The notes beneath the pieces are model-generated. The model was not told the DNA's origin. It saw only the letters and a list, made by a program, of their open reading frames with translations, and made no database searches. A stretch of DNA of 32,000 nt from positions 1,452,259-1,484,258 of the forward strand of contig CP147778.1 in the NCBI GenBank assembly GCA_037305845.1. Direction: 5' to 3'. Position 1 is the stretch's first letter, and each line of letters begins with the position of its first letter. Both the position numbers and the translations under genes were made by a program. Source of the DNA: Candidatus Freyarchaeum deiterrae. Lineage in GTDB: Archaea; Asgardarchaeota; Jordiarchaeia; Jordiarchaeales; Jordiarchaeaceae. Of this stretch, positions 1 to 8,634 are shown in pieces.

Positions 1-782
1 TTGATGTCCTAGACCCCGTGAACCCGTGTGAACCATTACGGTAACCTGATTCTCACTTAATCCTAAGACCTTGGCTGCGTCTTGATCAAAAATTTTCTCT
101 ACGTATTGAATCTCGAGAAAATGATTACCTGCCCCTAATGTTCCCACTTGGGCAACCCCTCTCTCCTTTGCTTTGCTTGACACTTTTGAAGTGTTCGCTC
201 CCTCCAATTTTCCATTCGCTTCGCAGTTTAAAGCGTCCTCTTCCCATCCGAAACCGTTTTTAATAGACCAGCTAACGCCCTCGGAAAGAATTCCGTCCAA
301 GTCTCTAGCTGAGAGTTTAATTTTTCTCTTAGATCCCAAACCACTAGGCACATTATCAAACATTTCTTTTGTTAACTCTTTTATCTTGGATTCAGCGTCC
401 TTCCTCTCAAGATTGGTTTTAATCACTCTAACACCGCAATTGATATCATACCCAACCCCGCCGGGACTTACAACTCCGTTGTCCTCAATATCAGTAGCGG
501 CTACTCCGCCTATTGGAAAACCGTAGCCCTGATGAGCTTCCCTCAGTAGAGGACATCCTCTCCTGAATCGGGCAGGGTTACGGAGAATTTTTTTATGCCT
601 GGCAGGCTGCATACGTTAACGGCTTGGATTAGAGTTTGATCCTTATAAATATCTTTAAGCAATACCTCGTTTGCAATAATTCTGGCTGGAACCCTCATGT
701 AGGGTCGATAATCTTTAGGAATCTCCCAAATGTTTTTATTAATCTGCTTAAGAGGAATATTTCTTGTACTCAAAACAATCAC
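1..782 (-). CDS. rtcB: RNA-splicing ligase RtcB, 5' part of the gene (continues past the left edge). Proposed exons are 782..567 and 537..1, separated by a 29-nt insert.
   Basis: Minus-strand translation 782->567 gives MIVLSTRNIPLKQINKNIWEIPKDYRPYMRVPARIIANEVLL...NVCSLPGIKKFSVTLPD. Translation 537->1, in a different frame, gives AHQGYGFPIGGVAATDIEDNGVVSPGGVGYDINCGVRVIKTNL...GAGNHFLEIQYVEKIF...VMVHTGSRGLGHQ. These are hallmark RtcB motifs, and the frame stays open to position 1. Confidence 0.85.
538..566 (-). other. Putative BHB-type mini-intron (29 nt) in the rtcB pre-mRNA
   Basis: RNA reads CCCG-AU|U-CAGGAGAGG-AUGU-CCUCUACUG-AGGG-AA|G. The inner helix is 9 bp with one G.A mismatch. The central helix is CCC/GGG plus one G.A pair, flanked by 3-nt bulges on opposite strands. 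Cutting after the 2nd bulge nucleotide removes 29 nt, including a UGA and the frameshift, and gives ...SVTLPD-A-HQGYGFPIGG. Confidence 0.55.
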
Positions 783-1307
783 CTCAGTTCAACAATAAAT
801 AAATCAATTCAGGGAGGGATATATTAGGTTAGAAATTTGACAGATTGATACTCCGCTTTGTTTAACATGGTTTATATCTGTAACTCTCTTAAAATATTAG
901 TTGTATTTATTTTTAATGCGTATACCAAATTCCAAAGTCCAGAGAAACAGTTTATCACTATTGATTGTTCGGTGCTTCTCCGTTTTTCTTAGTAGGTATT
1001 CCTGGTTTTATATGCCACTTCAAAGAGTTGTTGTATATAAAATTATCTAGTTTGCTCAGTAAGAAGATTAAGAATCTCTTAAAAGGGAAGTATTTTTAAT
1101 TAAATCAGAGTTTTGATATTGAATAGAACCAATGACTTCAATGAGAACCTAAGCTGAGAGCAGTTCTTAAATTGAAATTTAGGTTACTAGTATAGAACTA
1201 GCAAGCATTATTTCCATATTTTTGGGTACAAAGTAAGGAAGGTATGCGAAAAATTGAAAACTCCAAACACACAACTTAAAACCAAAAGAAAAGAGCGGCG
1301 ATGAAGT

Positions 1308-3089
1308 ATGCACCTAAGACAACCCATATGCGTAGTACTGGGACACATAGACAGCGGAAAAACCAGCATACTGGACAAAATAAGAGGAACCGCCGTACAA
1401 AAAAGAGAAGCAAGAGGCATAACCCAACACATAGGAGCAAGCATGCTGGACGCAGAAACCATCAAAGCCATAGGAGGAGAACTCATCAAGACATTCAACA
1501 TAACACTAACCATACCAGGCATCCTGGTTATTGACACACCGGGGCACGCGAGCTTCTATAACTTGCGTCGTCGTGGTGGTGCGGTTGCTGATTTTGCTAT
1601 TCTTGTGGTGGATGTTTTGAGTGGTTTTCAGGCGCAAACCTATGAGTGTGTTGATATTTTGAAGTCGCGTAAAACTCCTTTTTTGATTGCCGCTAATAAG
1701 ATTGATAGGATTAATGGTTGGGTTCCTTCGGGTTCTCTTTCGGTTCTTAAGAGTTTGGGTAGTCAACCTGATTTTGCTTTGCGTTTTTTGGATGAGCGTA
1801 TTTATGAGATTATGGGTGACTTGTCACGTCTGGGTTTTCCCGCAGATCGTATTGACAGGGTGCGTGACTTTACTCGTAATATTGCCATAATTCCTACTAG
1901 CGCTGCTAATGGTGAGGGAGTTGCTGAATTATTAGTCGTTCTGGCAGGTTTGGCTCAGCAGTATTTAGCTAAACGTTTAGAGGTTAGTGAAGGCCCCGCC
2001 AGAGGAGTGGTTTTGGAGGTAAAAGAAGAGCCAGGTTTGGGTCACACTGTAGACGCAATAATTTATGATGGTATTTTGCGCAGTAATGATTCGATAGTTT
2101 TCGGTGGTTTGGGAAAGGCGGTTAGTACCTCGATTCGCGCTTTATTGTTGCCCAAGCCTTTAGATGAGATGCGCGACCCACGCCAACGTTTTGACAGCGT
2201 TGATGAAGTTGTGGCTGCTGCCGGCGTGAAAATCGTTGCTCCTGGTTTAGAAGGGGTAGTTGCAGGAGCTCCTTTACGCGTTATTGATAGTTCTTCCAGG
2301 CTTGAAGAAATTGAAAAAGAAGTTCAAGCGGATGTAGAGGCAATACGCATTGAGACCAGTAAAAGTGGCGTTATTCTTAAGGCGGATACTTTGGGCAGTT
2401 TAGAGGCTTTAGTGAATTATTTTAGTGAACGCAAGGTTTCTGTGCGTTTAGCAGATGTGGGTGACGTAAGCAAACGCGATGTGGTTGAGGCAGCGGTGGT
2501 TGCAGATAAGGAGCCTTTTAACGCAGTAGTTTTGGCTTTTAATGTGCGTATTTTGCCGGATGCTGAAGAAGAAGCGGAGGTTTCCGATGTCCCCATTTTT
2601 CGAAGCGATGTAATTTATGGTTTGTTTGAGGATTATGATAAGTGGGTTGCTGAGAAGAGGGAGGAAGAACGGCGGCGAGCTTTAGTGGGAGTGGTACGCC
2701 CGTTTAAGATTAAGATTTTGCCGGGCTTCATTTTTCGAAAGAGCAAGCCTGCCGTCGTAGGTGTGGAAGTTTTGGAAGGCTCAATGATCCCCAAAGTCAG
2801 ACTAGTTAATGGGGATAATCGGCGCGTGGGCGAGATTATGCAGATTCAGGACGAGGGCGAAACACGACAGGTGGCACATAGGGGTACTAATGTAGCTATT
2901 AGTATTCGCGGCCCTACAGTAGGACGTCAAATTCACGAGGGCGATGTTTTGTATTCGGATATTGCAGAAGTTCAACTTGAAAAGCTCTCGCGAGAACTTG
3001 GGGAGGAGCTTAGTCCAGACGAAATGAATGTATTGAATGAAATCAAGAAATTCAAAAGAAAGGAACTTTTTAACTTTGACGAAAGTTGA
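1308..3089 (+). CDS. infB: Translation initiation factor aIF5B (IF2-like GTPase)
   Basis: 593-aa ORF with GTPase motifs GHIDSGKT (G1), DTPGH (G3) and NKID (G4). Length and domain order are typical of aIF5B. An in-frame TGA at 1302..1304 fixes the start at 1308. Confidence 0.9.
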   Translation: MHLRQPICVVLGHIDSGKTSILDKIRGTAVQKREARGITQHIGASMLDAETIKAIGGELIKTFNITLTIPGILVIDTPGHASFYNLRRRGGAVADFAILVVDVLSGFQAQTYECVDILKSRKTPFLIAANKIDRINGWVPSGSLSVLKSLGSQPDFALRFLDERIYEIMGDLSRLGFPADRIDRVRDFTRNIAIIPTSAANGEGVAELLVVLAGLAQQYLAKRLEVSEGPARGVVLEVKEEPGLGHTVDAIIYDGILRSNDSIVFGGLGKAVSTSIRALLLPKPLDEMRDPRQRFDSVDEVVAAAGVKIVAPGLEGVVAGAPLRVIDSSSRLEEIEKEVQADVEAIRIETSKSGVILKADTLGSLEALVNYFSERKVSVRLADVGDVSKRDVVEAAVVADKEPFNAVVLAFNVRILPDAEEEAEVSDVPIFRSDVIYGLFEDYDKWVAEKREEERRRALVGVVRPFKIKILPGFIFRKSKPAVVGVEVLEGSMIPKVRLVNGDNRRVGEIMQIQDEGETRQVAHRGTNVAISIRGPTVGRQIHEGDVLYSDIAEVQLEKLSRELGEELSPDEMNVLNEIKKFKRKELFNFDES

Positions 3090-3234
3090 TTAGAGGAGTG
3101 CCAGTTTTTGGAAGATTTTATATGATACGAGGCAATTTTGGCAGATTCGCTTAATAATATGAGAAACACTAATTGCGAATGGTTTAAAAGGAGTTCTTGT
3201 TAGTATTTTTTGTACCTATTGGAGGTTATTGTTA

Positions 3235-3603
3235 ATGCCCGGATTTAAACTGGTTATTTCTGATCCAGAGAAAGGTCGTTCTTTGCAGATTGAGGTTGAT
3301 GAAGCCAAGTCTCGTTCCTTGTTTGGTACGCGTATAGGCCAGAAGGTCGATGGTGGACCTCTGGGTTTCGGTGGGTATGAGTTTTTGATTACTGGGGGAA
3401 GTGATAAGGATGGTTTTCCAATGCGTAAGGGCATTCACGGTCCTATGAGAAAGAATATTCTTATGAGCACCGGCCCAGGTTTTCATCCTCCATACGAGGG
3501 ACAGCGGAAGAGAAAGAAAGTTCGAGGGGATACTATCTCAGAGGATATGGCTCAAGTGAACATGAAGATTGTTAAAATGGGTGCTAAGAACATCTTTGAA
3601 TGA
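3235..3603 (+). CDS. rps6e: 30S ribosomal protein S6e
   Basis: MPGFKLVISDP...GGSDKDGFPMRKG...KRKKVRG matches the S6e family. The ATG at 3235 lies 9 nt after GGAGG (3221..3225). The ORF-track start at 3229 is a TTG. Confidence 0.85.
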   Translation: MPGFKLVISDPEKGRSLQIEVDEAKSRSLFGTRIGQKVDGGPLGFGGYEFLITGGSDKDGFPMRKGIHGPMRKNILMSTGPGFHPPYEGQRKRKKVRGDTISEDMAQVNMKIVKMGAKNIFE

Positions 3604-3687
3604 TATGATGTTTATTGACCTATTTTTCTCGAATATTGGTGCTGCTGTCTTTATTTTCCCAGAATTCTGGAATTTGGAGGTTTTCTG

Positions 3688-4203
3688 ATGAGTACATATA
3701 AGTTGGGATTAGGTTCTACAGTAGAGTTACGGTTTGCATGTGACGCTATGCTAGGACGCCTTGCACGGTGGCTTCGTTTACTTGGCTATGATACCTTTTA
3801 TTCTTCTGAAATCAAGGACGCTGAACTTTTGGAGGTTTGTTCGCAAGGAAATTGGATTCTTCTCACTCGGGATGTGGAATTTTTTAAGCAAGCAGTTTTA
3901 CAAGGTTTAAGAGCAAAGTTACTACAGGAGAATTCTTTTCAGAACCAGTTCGCCGAGGTTGTGGAGAGTTTCGGGTTAAATCTAAGAATTACGCCCGAAG
4001 GTTCTCGCTGTCCGACCTGCAACGGGTTAATTCATAGTATTGACAAAGAGGAAGTTAAGAATAAAGTTTCTGCGAATACCTTGAATTCCTACGATTCTTT
4101 TTTTATATGTTCTAACTGCGGTAAGGTATACTGGATGGGCCGGATGTGGCGATCTATAGTTAGAATTTGCGAAATGGTTAGCATGAAGTTAGGGAAAAGT
4201 TAG
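3688..4203 (+). CDS. Mut7-C/DUF82 family PIN-like nuclease with a C-terminal zinc ribbon
   Basis: The N-terminal DAMLGRLARWLRLLGYD motif is typical of the Mut7-C RNase domain. CPTCNG...CSNCGKVYW forms a CxxC...CxxC zinc ribbon. Confidence 0.65.
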   Translation: MSTYKLGLGSTVELRFACDAMLGRLARWLRLLGYDTFYSSEIKDAELLEVCSQGNWILLTRDVEFFKQAVLQGLRAKLLQENSFQNQFAEVVESFGLNLRITPEGSRCPTCNGLIHSIDKEEVKNKVSANTLNSYDSFFICSNCGKVYWMGRMWRSIVRICEMVSMKLGKS

Positions 4204-4244
4204 GTTTTTTTGAGCCAATGCATCTATTTTTTGAAAAAAAATCG

Positions 4245-4282
4245 ATTTTTTGATAATTATATTTCTCTTTATAATATAAAAG
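4245..4282. repeat. Copy 1 of a 38-nt AT-rich imperfect direct repeat
   Basis: attttttgataattatatttctctttataatataaaag versus copy 2 atattttgataattatatttctttttataatttgaaag, about 33/38 identical by eye. Confidence 0.7.
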
Positions 4283-4356
4283 TTTTTATGAAAGATTAAA
4301 TTTTTCGATATATATGATTTTCAAGTTATTACATATATTTTTACAAGAAATATTAG

Positions 4357-4394
4357 ATATTTTGATAATTATATTTCTTTTTATAATTTGAAAG
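4357..4394. repeat. Copy 2 of the 38-nt AT-rich imperfect direct repeat
   Basis: Same unit as 4245..4282, offset by 112 bp, inside the 285-bp intergenic region upstream of the AMMECR1 gene. Confidence 0.7.
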
Positions 4395-4488
4395 ATTTTA
4401 GGAAAAATTTTTTTATAAGTGTTGTTATGAGATTTTTGAACTAAACTTAATGTGATTTCTAGACTCTTATTCTGAGAGGAATGGTATA

Positions 4489-5103
4489 ATGACTCTTGAG
4501 GAAGGTAGATTTCTAGTTAAGCTCGCTCGTCGGGCTGCTGAGACTTATGTTAAAGAAGACGTGAAGATTAAGGTTCCTGAAGAAACCCCAGCTAAGCTGC
4601 TTGAGAATAGTGGCGTTTTTGTGACTCTGAATACTGTTTCTAAAGGAGGAGATAAGCGGTTGCGCGGTTGTATAGGTTTCCCTCTCCCCTACCTTCCTTT
4701 GGCTCAGGCGGTCATCGAGTCAGCAATCAGCGCTGCCAGCGCAGATCCCAGATTTCCTCCCGTGGAGCCTAGTGAATTGGACGATATTGTGGTCGAGGTT
4801 ACTGTTTTAACACCTCCTACTTTAATCGAAGCTAAAGAGCCTAAGGAATACCCCGACAAGATTAAAGTTGGTAAACATGGTTTGGTAGTTGAACGGGGGC
4901 CCTACAAAGGGTTGCTTCTCCCTCAGGTTCCAGTGGATTGGAACTGGAATGAGGAAGAGTTCTTGTGTGAATGCTGTGTTAAAGCGGGGCTTCCACCCGA
5001 TTCGTGGTGCGATAAGAAAACCAAAGTCTATTGTTTTCAAGGAATTATTTACGAGGAAGAAAGTCCTAATGGAGAGATAGTTGAGCGTTCATTGAAGGAG
5101 TAG
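4489..5103 (+). CDS. AMMECR1-domain protein
   Basis: GVFVTL...LRGCIGF...DPRFPPV...EVTVLTPP...GLLLPQV are the conserved AMMECR1 blocks. At 204 aa the size is typical. Confidence 0.8.
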   Translation: MTLEEGRFLVKLARRAAETYVKEDVKIKVPEETPAKLLENSGVFVTLNTVSKGGDKRLRGCIGFPLPYLPLAQAVIESAISAASADPRFPPVEPSELDDIVVEVTVLTPPTLIEAKEPKEYPDKIKVGKHGLVVERGPYKGLLLPQVPVDWNWNEEEFLCECCVKAGLPPDSWCDKKTKVYCFQGIIYEEESPNGEIVERSLKE

Positions 5104-5125
5104 TTATTTACGGAGGCTTTCAGGA

Positions 5126-6301
5126 ATGAGAGTGTACTTTTCCCCAAATGGAATGGCTCTGGGTCATGCGGGACGCCTTGTTCCTATTGCAAAGAAACTA
5201 ATCAGTAATGGCGACGAGGTTCTCTTCTCAACTTATGGAGATGCGGTGGGTTTTGTTAAGGCGGCGGGTATGCCTGTGGTTAGTGTACCTAGAATGGGAC
5301 TTGTTGAGAGTCCAGATGGTACTATTGAGATGCTCAAAACCAGTATTAGATGGCCTAAGTATGTTTGGATTTTTATGAAGCAGGTCATTTCCGAAATTAG
5401 GCTCTTGAATAGTTTCAAGCCCAGTGTAGCGGTATCAGATTCTCGTTTGTCCACTGTTTTGGCCTGCTGGTTGTTGAGAATTCCTTGTCTTCTGTTACTG
5501 CATCAGATTAAGTTGCTAGTACCTCACAAGAAGAAGCTCAGTAGTTTTAAGGAAAAGCTGAAGCATTTTGCGGAGTGGTTCATTCTTTACACTACCCACC
5601 TACTTTGGAATAGGAGCACTAAGATTCTTGTTCCAGATTTCCCACCTCCGTATACCATATTTAAATCTAATCTTGACGTCCCGGAGAAGCTCATGAGTAA
5701 GGTGGAATTTGTTGGACATGTAATTGAAGAACCTCAGTCTCTGCTACCGAGCCAAAAGGATTTGAGGAAAAAGTTGGGGTTCGATGATCGCCCACTCATC
5801 TTTGTCGGGGTTTCTGGAACCAAAAAAGAGAGAGAACTTCTAGCTATGAGGCTTGATGAAATTTTTAGCGAGTTTCCCGATGAGTATAATATTGTAATGA
5901 CTTTGGGAAGACCAGATAAACCGGACAACTTTGTGCAAAAGGGTAATCTGCGTATCTATAATTGGGTCACAGATAGATATCCTTTAATTAAGGCCTGTGA
6001 CCTCGTGGTATCTAGATCAGGTCATAACACTTTAGCTGAGTCCATGTATTATGGTAAACCGTCAATTCTTATCCCAACGCCTGCACACACTGAACACCAA
6101 GAGAACTCCAAGTCTGCAGAGCGTATGGGTATTGCTAAAGTCGTGCAACAAAAGGATCTATCGAAAAATATACTGTTGGAGAGTGTAGAGGAAATCCTTA
6201 ACCACTCAGAGTATAAAACGCGTATAAACAGAATCCAGAAAAAAATTTCAAATTTGGATGCTATTCAATCGATTATAGATGCCGTCTATCAATTTGGATA
6301 A
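5126..6301 (+). CDS. Glycosyltransferase, GT-B fold (GT1/GT28, MurG-like family)
   Basis: The N-terminal MRVYFSPNGMALGHAGRLVPIAKKL and the C-terminal SRSGHNTLAESMYYGKPSILIPTPAHTEHQENS resemble the MurG/UDP-glycosyltransferase nucleotide-sugar binding region. The substrate is unknown. Confidence 0.6.
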   Translation: MRVYFSPNGMALGHAGRLVPIAKKLISNGDEVLFSTYGDAVGFVKAAGMPVVSVPRMGLVESPDGTIEMLKTSIRWPKYVWIFMKQVISEIRLLNSFKPSVAVSDSRLSTVLACWLLRIPCLLLLHQIKLLVPHKKKLSSFKEKLKHFAEWFILYTTHLLWNRSTKILVPDFPPPYTIFKSNLDVPEKLMSKVEFVGHVIEEPQSLLPSQKDLRKKLGFDDRPLIFVGVSGTKKERELLAMRLDEIFSEFPDEYNIVMTLGRPDKPDNFVQKGNLRIYNWVTDRYPLIKACDLVVSRSGHNTLAESMYYGKPSILIPTPAHTEHQENSKSAERMGIAKVVQQKDLSKNILLESVEEILNHSEYKTRINRIQKKISNLDAIQSIIDAVYQFG

Positions 6302-6327
6302 AATATAATTTTGAGAGGTTTGTCCTT

Positions 6328-7185
6328 TTGGTTGAGGATAAGTTAACAGAGAGAAAGGTATTAGAATTTTTAGAAGAAGATCTGGGGTTTGGAGATATTA
6401 CCACAAATGCACTCATCCCAGAGCAGACCACGGCTGAGGCTAGGATAATTTCCAAAAGAGAGGGAGTAATTGCAGGTATACAAGAAGCAGACATTATTTT
6501 TAAGCTCTTAAATATTGACTCTAAACCGCTAGTAAAAGACGGAGACAGGGTTACGCGTGGGCAAATTATAGTCGAGTTGTCTGGTTCCGCTAGAAACATC
6601 CTAATGGCGGAACGAACGGTTCTAAACATAATGATGCGTATGAGCGGTATTGCCACTGAGACATCTAAACTAGTGGATGCCGCGAAAAAGATTAACCCTA
6701 AACTTAGAATAGCTTGTACCCGCAAGACTACTCCGGGTTTCAGATATTTTGAGAAGAAAGCCGTCGCCCTGGGTGGCGGTGACATTCATCGGTTCCGACT
6801 TGATGACATGGTTCTAATCAAAGACAACCACATAAGTGTAGTTGGCAGTGTTACTGAAGCGGTGAACCGAGCCAGATCTAAATGTAGTTTCTCCAAAAAA
6901 ATTGAGATAGAAGTTGAAAACGCTGACCAAGCAATCGAAGCAGCGAGAGCAGGAGCAGACATAATCATGTTTGATAATATGTCTCCCGAGGATGCCAAAA
7001 AAACACTGGAACTCTTAGAGAAGAAAGGACTAAGAGACAGCGTACTCATTGAATTATCCGGTGGGATTACCCCAGAGAATATCGATAGGTACATGGCTCT
7101 TAATGTTAATATTATATCCATGGGTTACATCATCCACTCCATAAGGGCCTTAGACATTAGTTTAGATTTCAAAAAAATGAGGTAA
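6328..7185 (+). CDS. nadC: Nicotinate-nucleotide pyrophosphorylase (quinolinate phosphoribosyltransferase)
   Basis: DLGFGDITT, AERTVLNIMMRMSGIAT, TRKTTPGFR, DHIS and the IEVEVEN...D(I)IMFDNMSP motifs are characteristic of NadC. The start is a TTG. Confidence 0.85.
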   Translation: MVEDKLTERKVLEFLEEDLGFGDITTNALIPEQTTAEARIISKREGVIAGIQEADIIFKLLNIDSKPLVKDGDRVTRGQIIVELSGSARNILMAERTVLNIMMRMSGIATETSKLVDAAKKINPKLRIACTRKTTPGFRYFEKKAVALGGGDIHRFRLDDMVLIKDNHISVVGSVTEAVNRARSKCSFSKKIEIEVENADQAIEAARAGADIIMFDNMSPEDAKKTLELLEKKGLRDSVLIELSGGITPENIDRYMALNVNIISMGYIIHSIRALDISLDFKKMR

Positions 7186-7321
7186 AGTCTATTTTTCATC
7201 ACTTATCCATATAGTTTTAAAAAAAAGCAGTTGTTTTGTTTATCATAGGTAGTTTTTTGAGGGCTAAGAATTTCAAAGAATATTCTTGGCTAATTTTTAC
7301 ATAAGCGAGAGTGACTAGACT

Positions 7322-8530
7322 ATGAATCAGAAGGAAGTAAGTGAATCCCCAGTCGAAATTCTTAAGGAATGGAAAAAAAGTGTTCTTGTACGTTACGGGG
7401 AATTGTCGCTTAAGAGCCCTTCAGTTAGAAGCTTTATGGAAAATATTCTGATTAGAAACATAAAGTGGATGCTTGATAGGAAAAAAATTCCTTATGAGAG
7501 TATCATCAGAGAGAGAGGGAGAATCTTTCTGGACAGCGACTTTCCCAGAAAAGTGTGTGAGGGCCTCTCAAACGTTTTTGGCATAGTGTCAACCAGTCCG
7601 GTTCTGGAAACATCCACGGACATAGATGAAATCGTACGTCTCTCGCTACGGGTAGCCGAAACTATAATCGGATCGAATGAGAGCTTCGCAGTTAGAGCTA
7701 GAAGAGTGGGGACTCATAAATTCACTTCTATCGATGTTGAAAGAATAGTGGGAGAAGCGATTCTTAATAAAACAAGTAGACTAAACACCAAAGTAAATCT
7801 AAAGAAACCTGATAAGTACATTTTCATAGAGGTCAGAGAGAAAATGGCTTATGTATACCACGAGGTTTTCAAAGGGCCTGGAGGCTTACCTTATAGTTGT
7901 GAGGGAAAGATAGTTTCACTTTTCTCGGGGGGTATAGACAGCCCGGTTGCTGCATGGTTGATGATGAAACGCGGATGTAAGATAATTCCAATATATTTTG
8001 ATAACTCCCCATACACGGATCAATCTACGCTTAATCGGGCTATGAGTGTAATAAAAATCTTAAGAGAATATGCTACTCATGACAGATTTTATATGTACGT
8101 AGTTTCTCATGGTAAAACCCTAGAAAAGGTAATTAATCAGGCTCCTCGTAATCTGACCTGTCTTCTATGTAAGCGAACACTTTATCGCGTAGCTACTGCA
8201 ATAGCAGAAAGAGAGGGAGCGAAAGGCATTGTGACAGGTGAGAGCTTAGGACAAGTCGCAAGCCAAACATTAGACAATCTTACGATTCTAAACGAATCTA
8301 CGAATCTCCCAGTATACCGCCCTCTAATAGGACTAGACAAATTGGAAATAGAAGAAATCGCCAGAAAAATTGGAACATACGAATCTTCTAGCATTAACGT
8401 TACAAGTTGTGGAGCTGTACCAAAGAAACCAGCAACAAGAGCAAAATTGGAAAAGGTAAAGTCAGCTGAAGAAATTATCAACTCTATACAAGAAGAGATA
8501 AATTCCGTTGAACGTGTTTATATAGACTGA
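7322..8530 (+). CDS. thiI: tRNA 4-thiouridine synthase / thiamine biosynthesis protein ThiI
   Basis: An N-terminal THUMP-like region is followed by the PP-loop SGGIDSPVAAW and the GESLGQVASQT motif. Confidence 0.85.
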   Translation: MNQKEVSESPVEILKEWKKSVLVRYGELSLKSPSVRSFMENILIRNIKWMLDRKKIPYESIIRERGRIFLDSDFPRKVCEGLSNVFGIVSTSPVLETSTDIDEIVRLSLRVAETIIGSNESFAVRARRVGTHKFTSIDVERIVGEAILNKTSRLNTKVNLKKPDKYIFIEVREKMAYVYHEVFKGPGGLPYSCEGKIVSLFSGGIDSPVAAWLMMKRGCKIIPIYFDNSPYTDQSTLNRAMSVIKILREYATHDRFYMYVVSHGKTLEKVINQAPRNLTCLLCKRTLYRVATAIAEREGAKGIVTGESLGQVASQTLDNLTILNESTNLPVYRPLIGLDKLEIEEIARKIGTYESSSINVTSCGAVPKKPATRAKLEKVKSAEEIINSIQEEINSVERVYID

Positions 8531-8634
8531 ATCATTCGAAGGAATATTTCCGAAAATTGAGTACTAAAAAAGGTTTAAATACATCTTTTTACTTGGTTTT
8601 TGCACCTATAAGTTAATTTAGCTGAGGGAATTTA

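Noticed and set aside
1208-1766. Overlapping ORFs on infB: +1301..1534 (77 aa, extremely basic, R/K/H/T/N/Q-rich), -1208..1537 and -1506..1766 (86 aa, similarly basic) as real overprinted genes
   Set aside because: All stop codons begin with T. A run of codons with no T at position 3, or no A at position 3 for the antisense strand, automatically opens exactly these frames and forces K/N/T/R/H/Q-rich low-complexity translations. Each ORF ends at the first codons where the bias lapses. They are most simply by-products of the composition anomaly. Ribosome profiling could revive the idea, because the ATG at 1301 lies only 7 nt upstream of the infB ATG.
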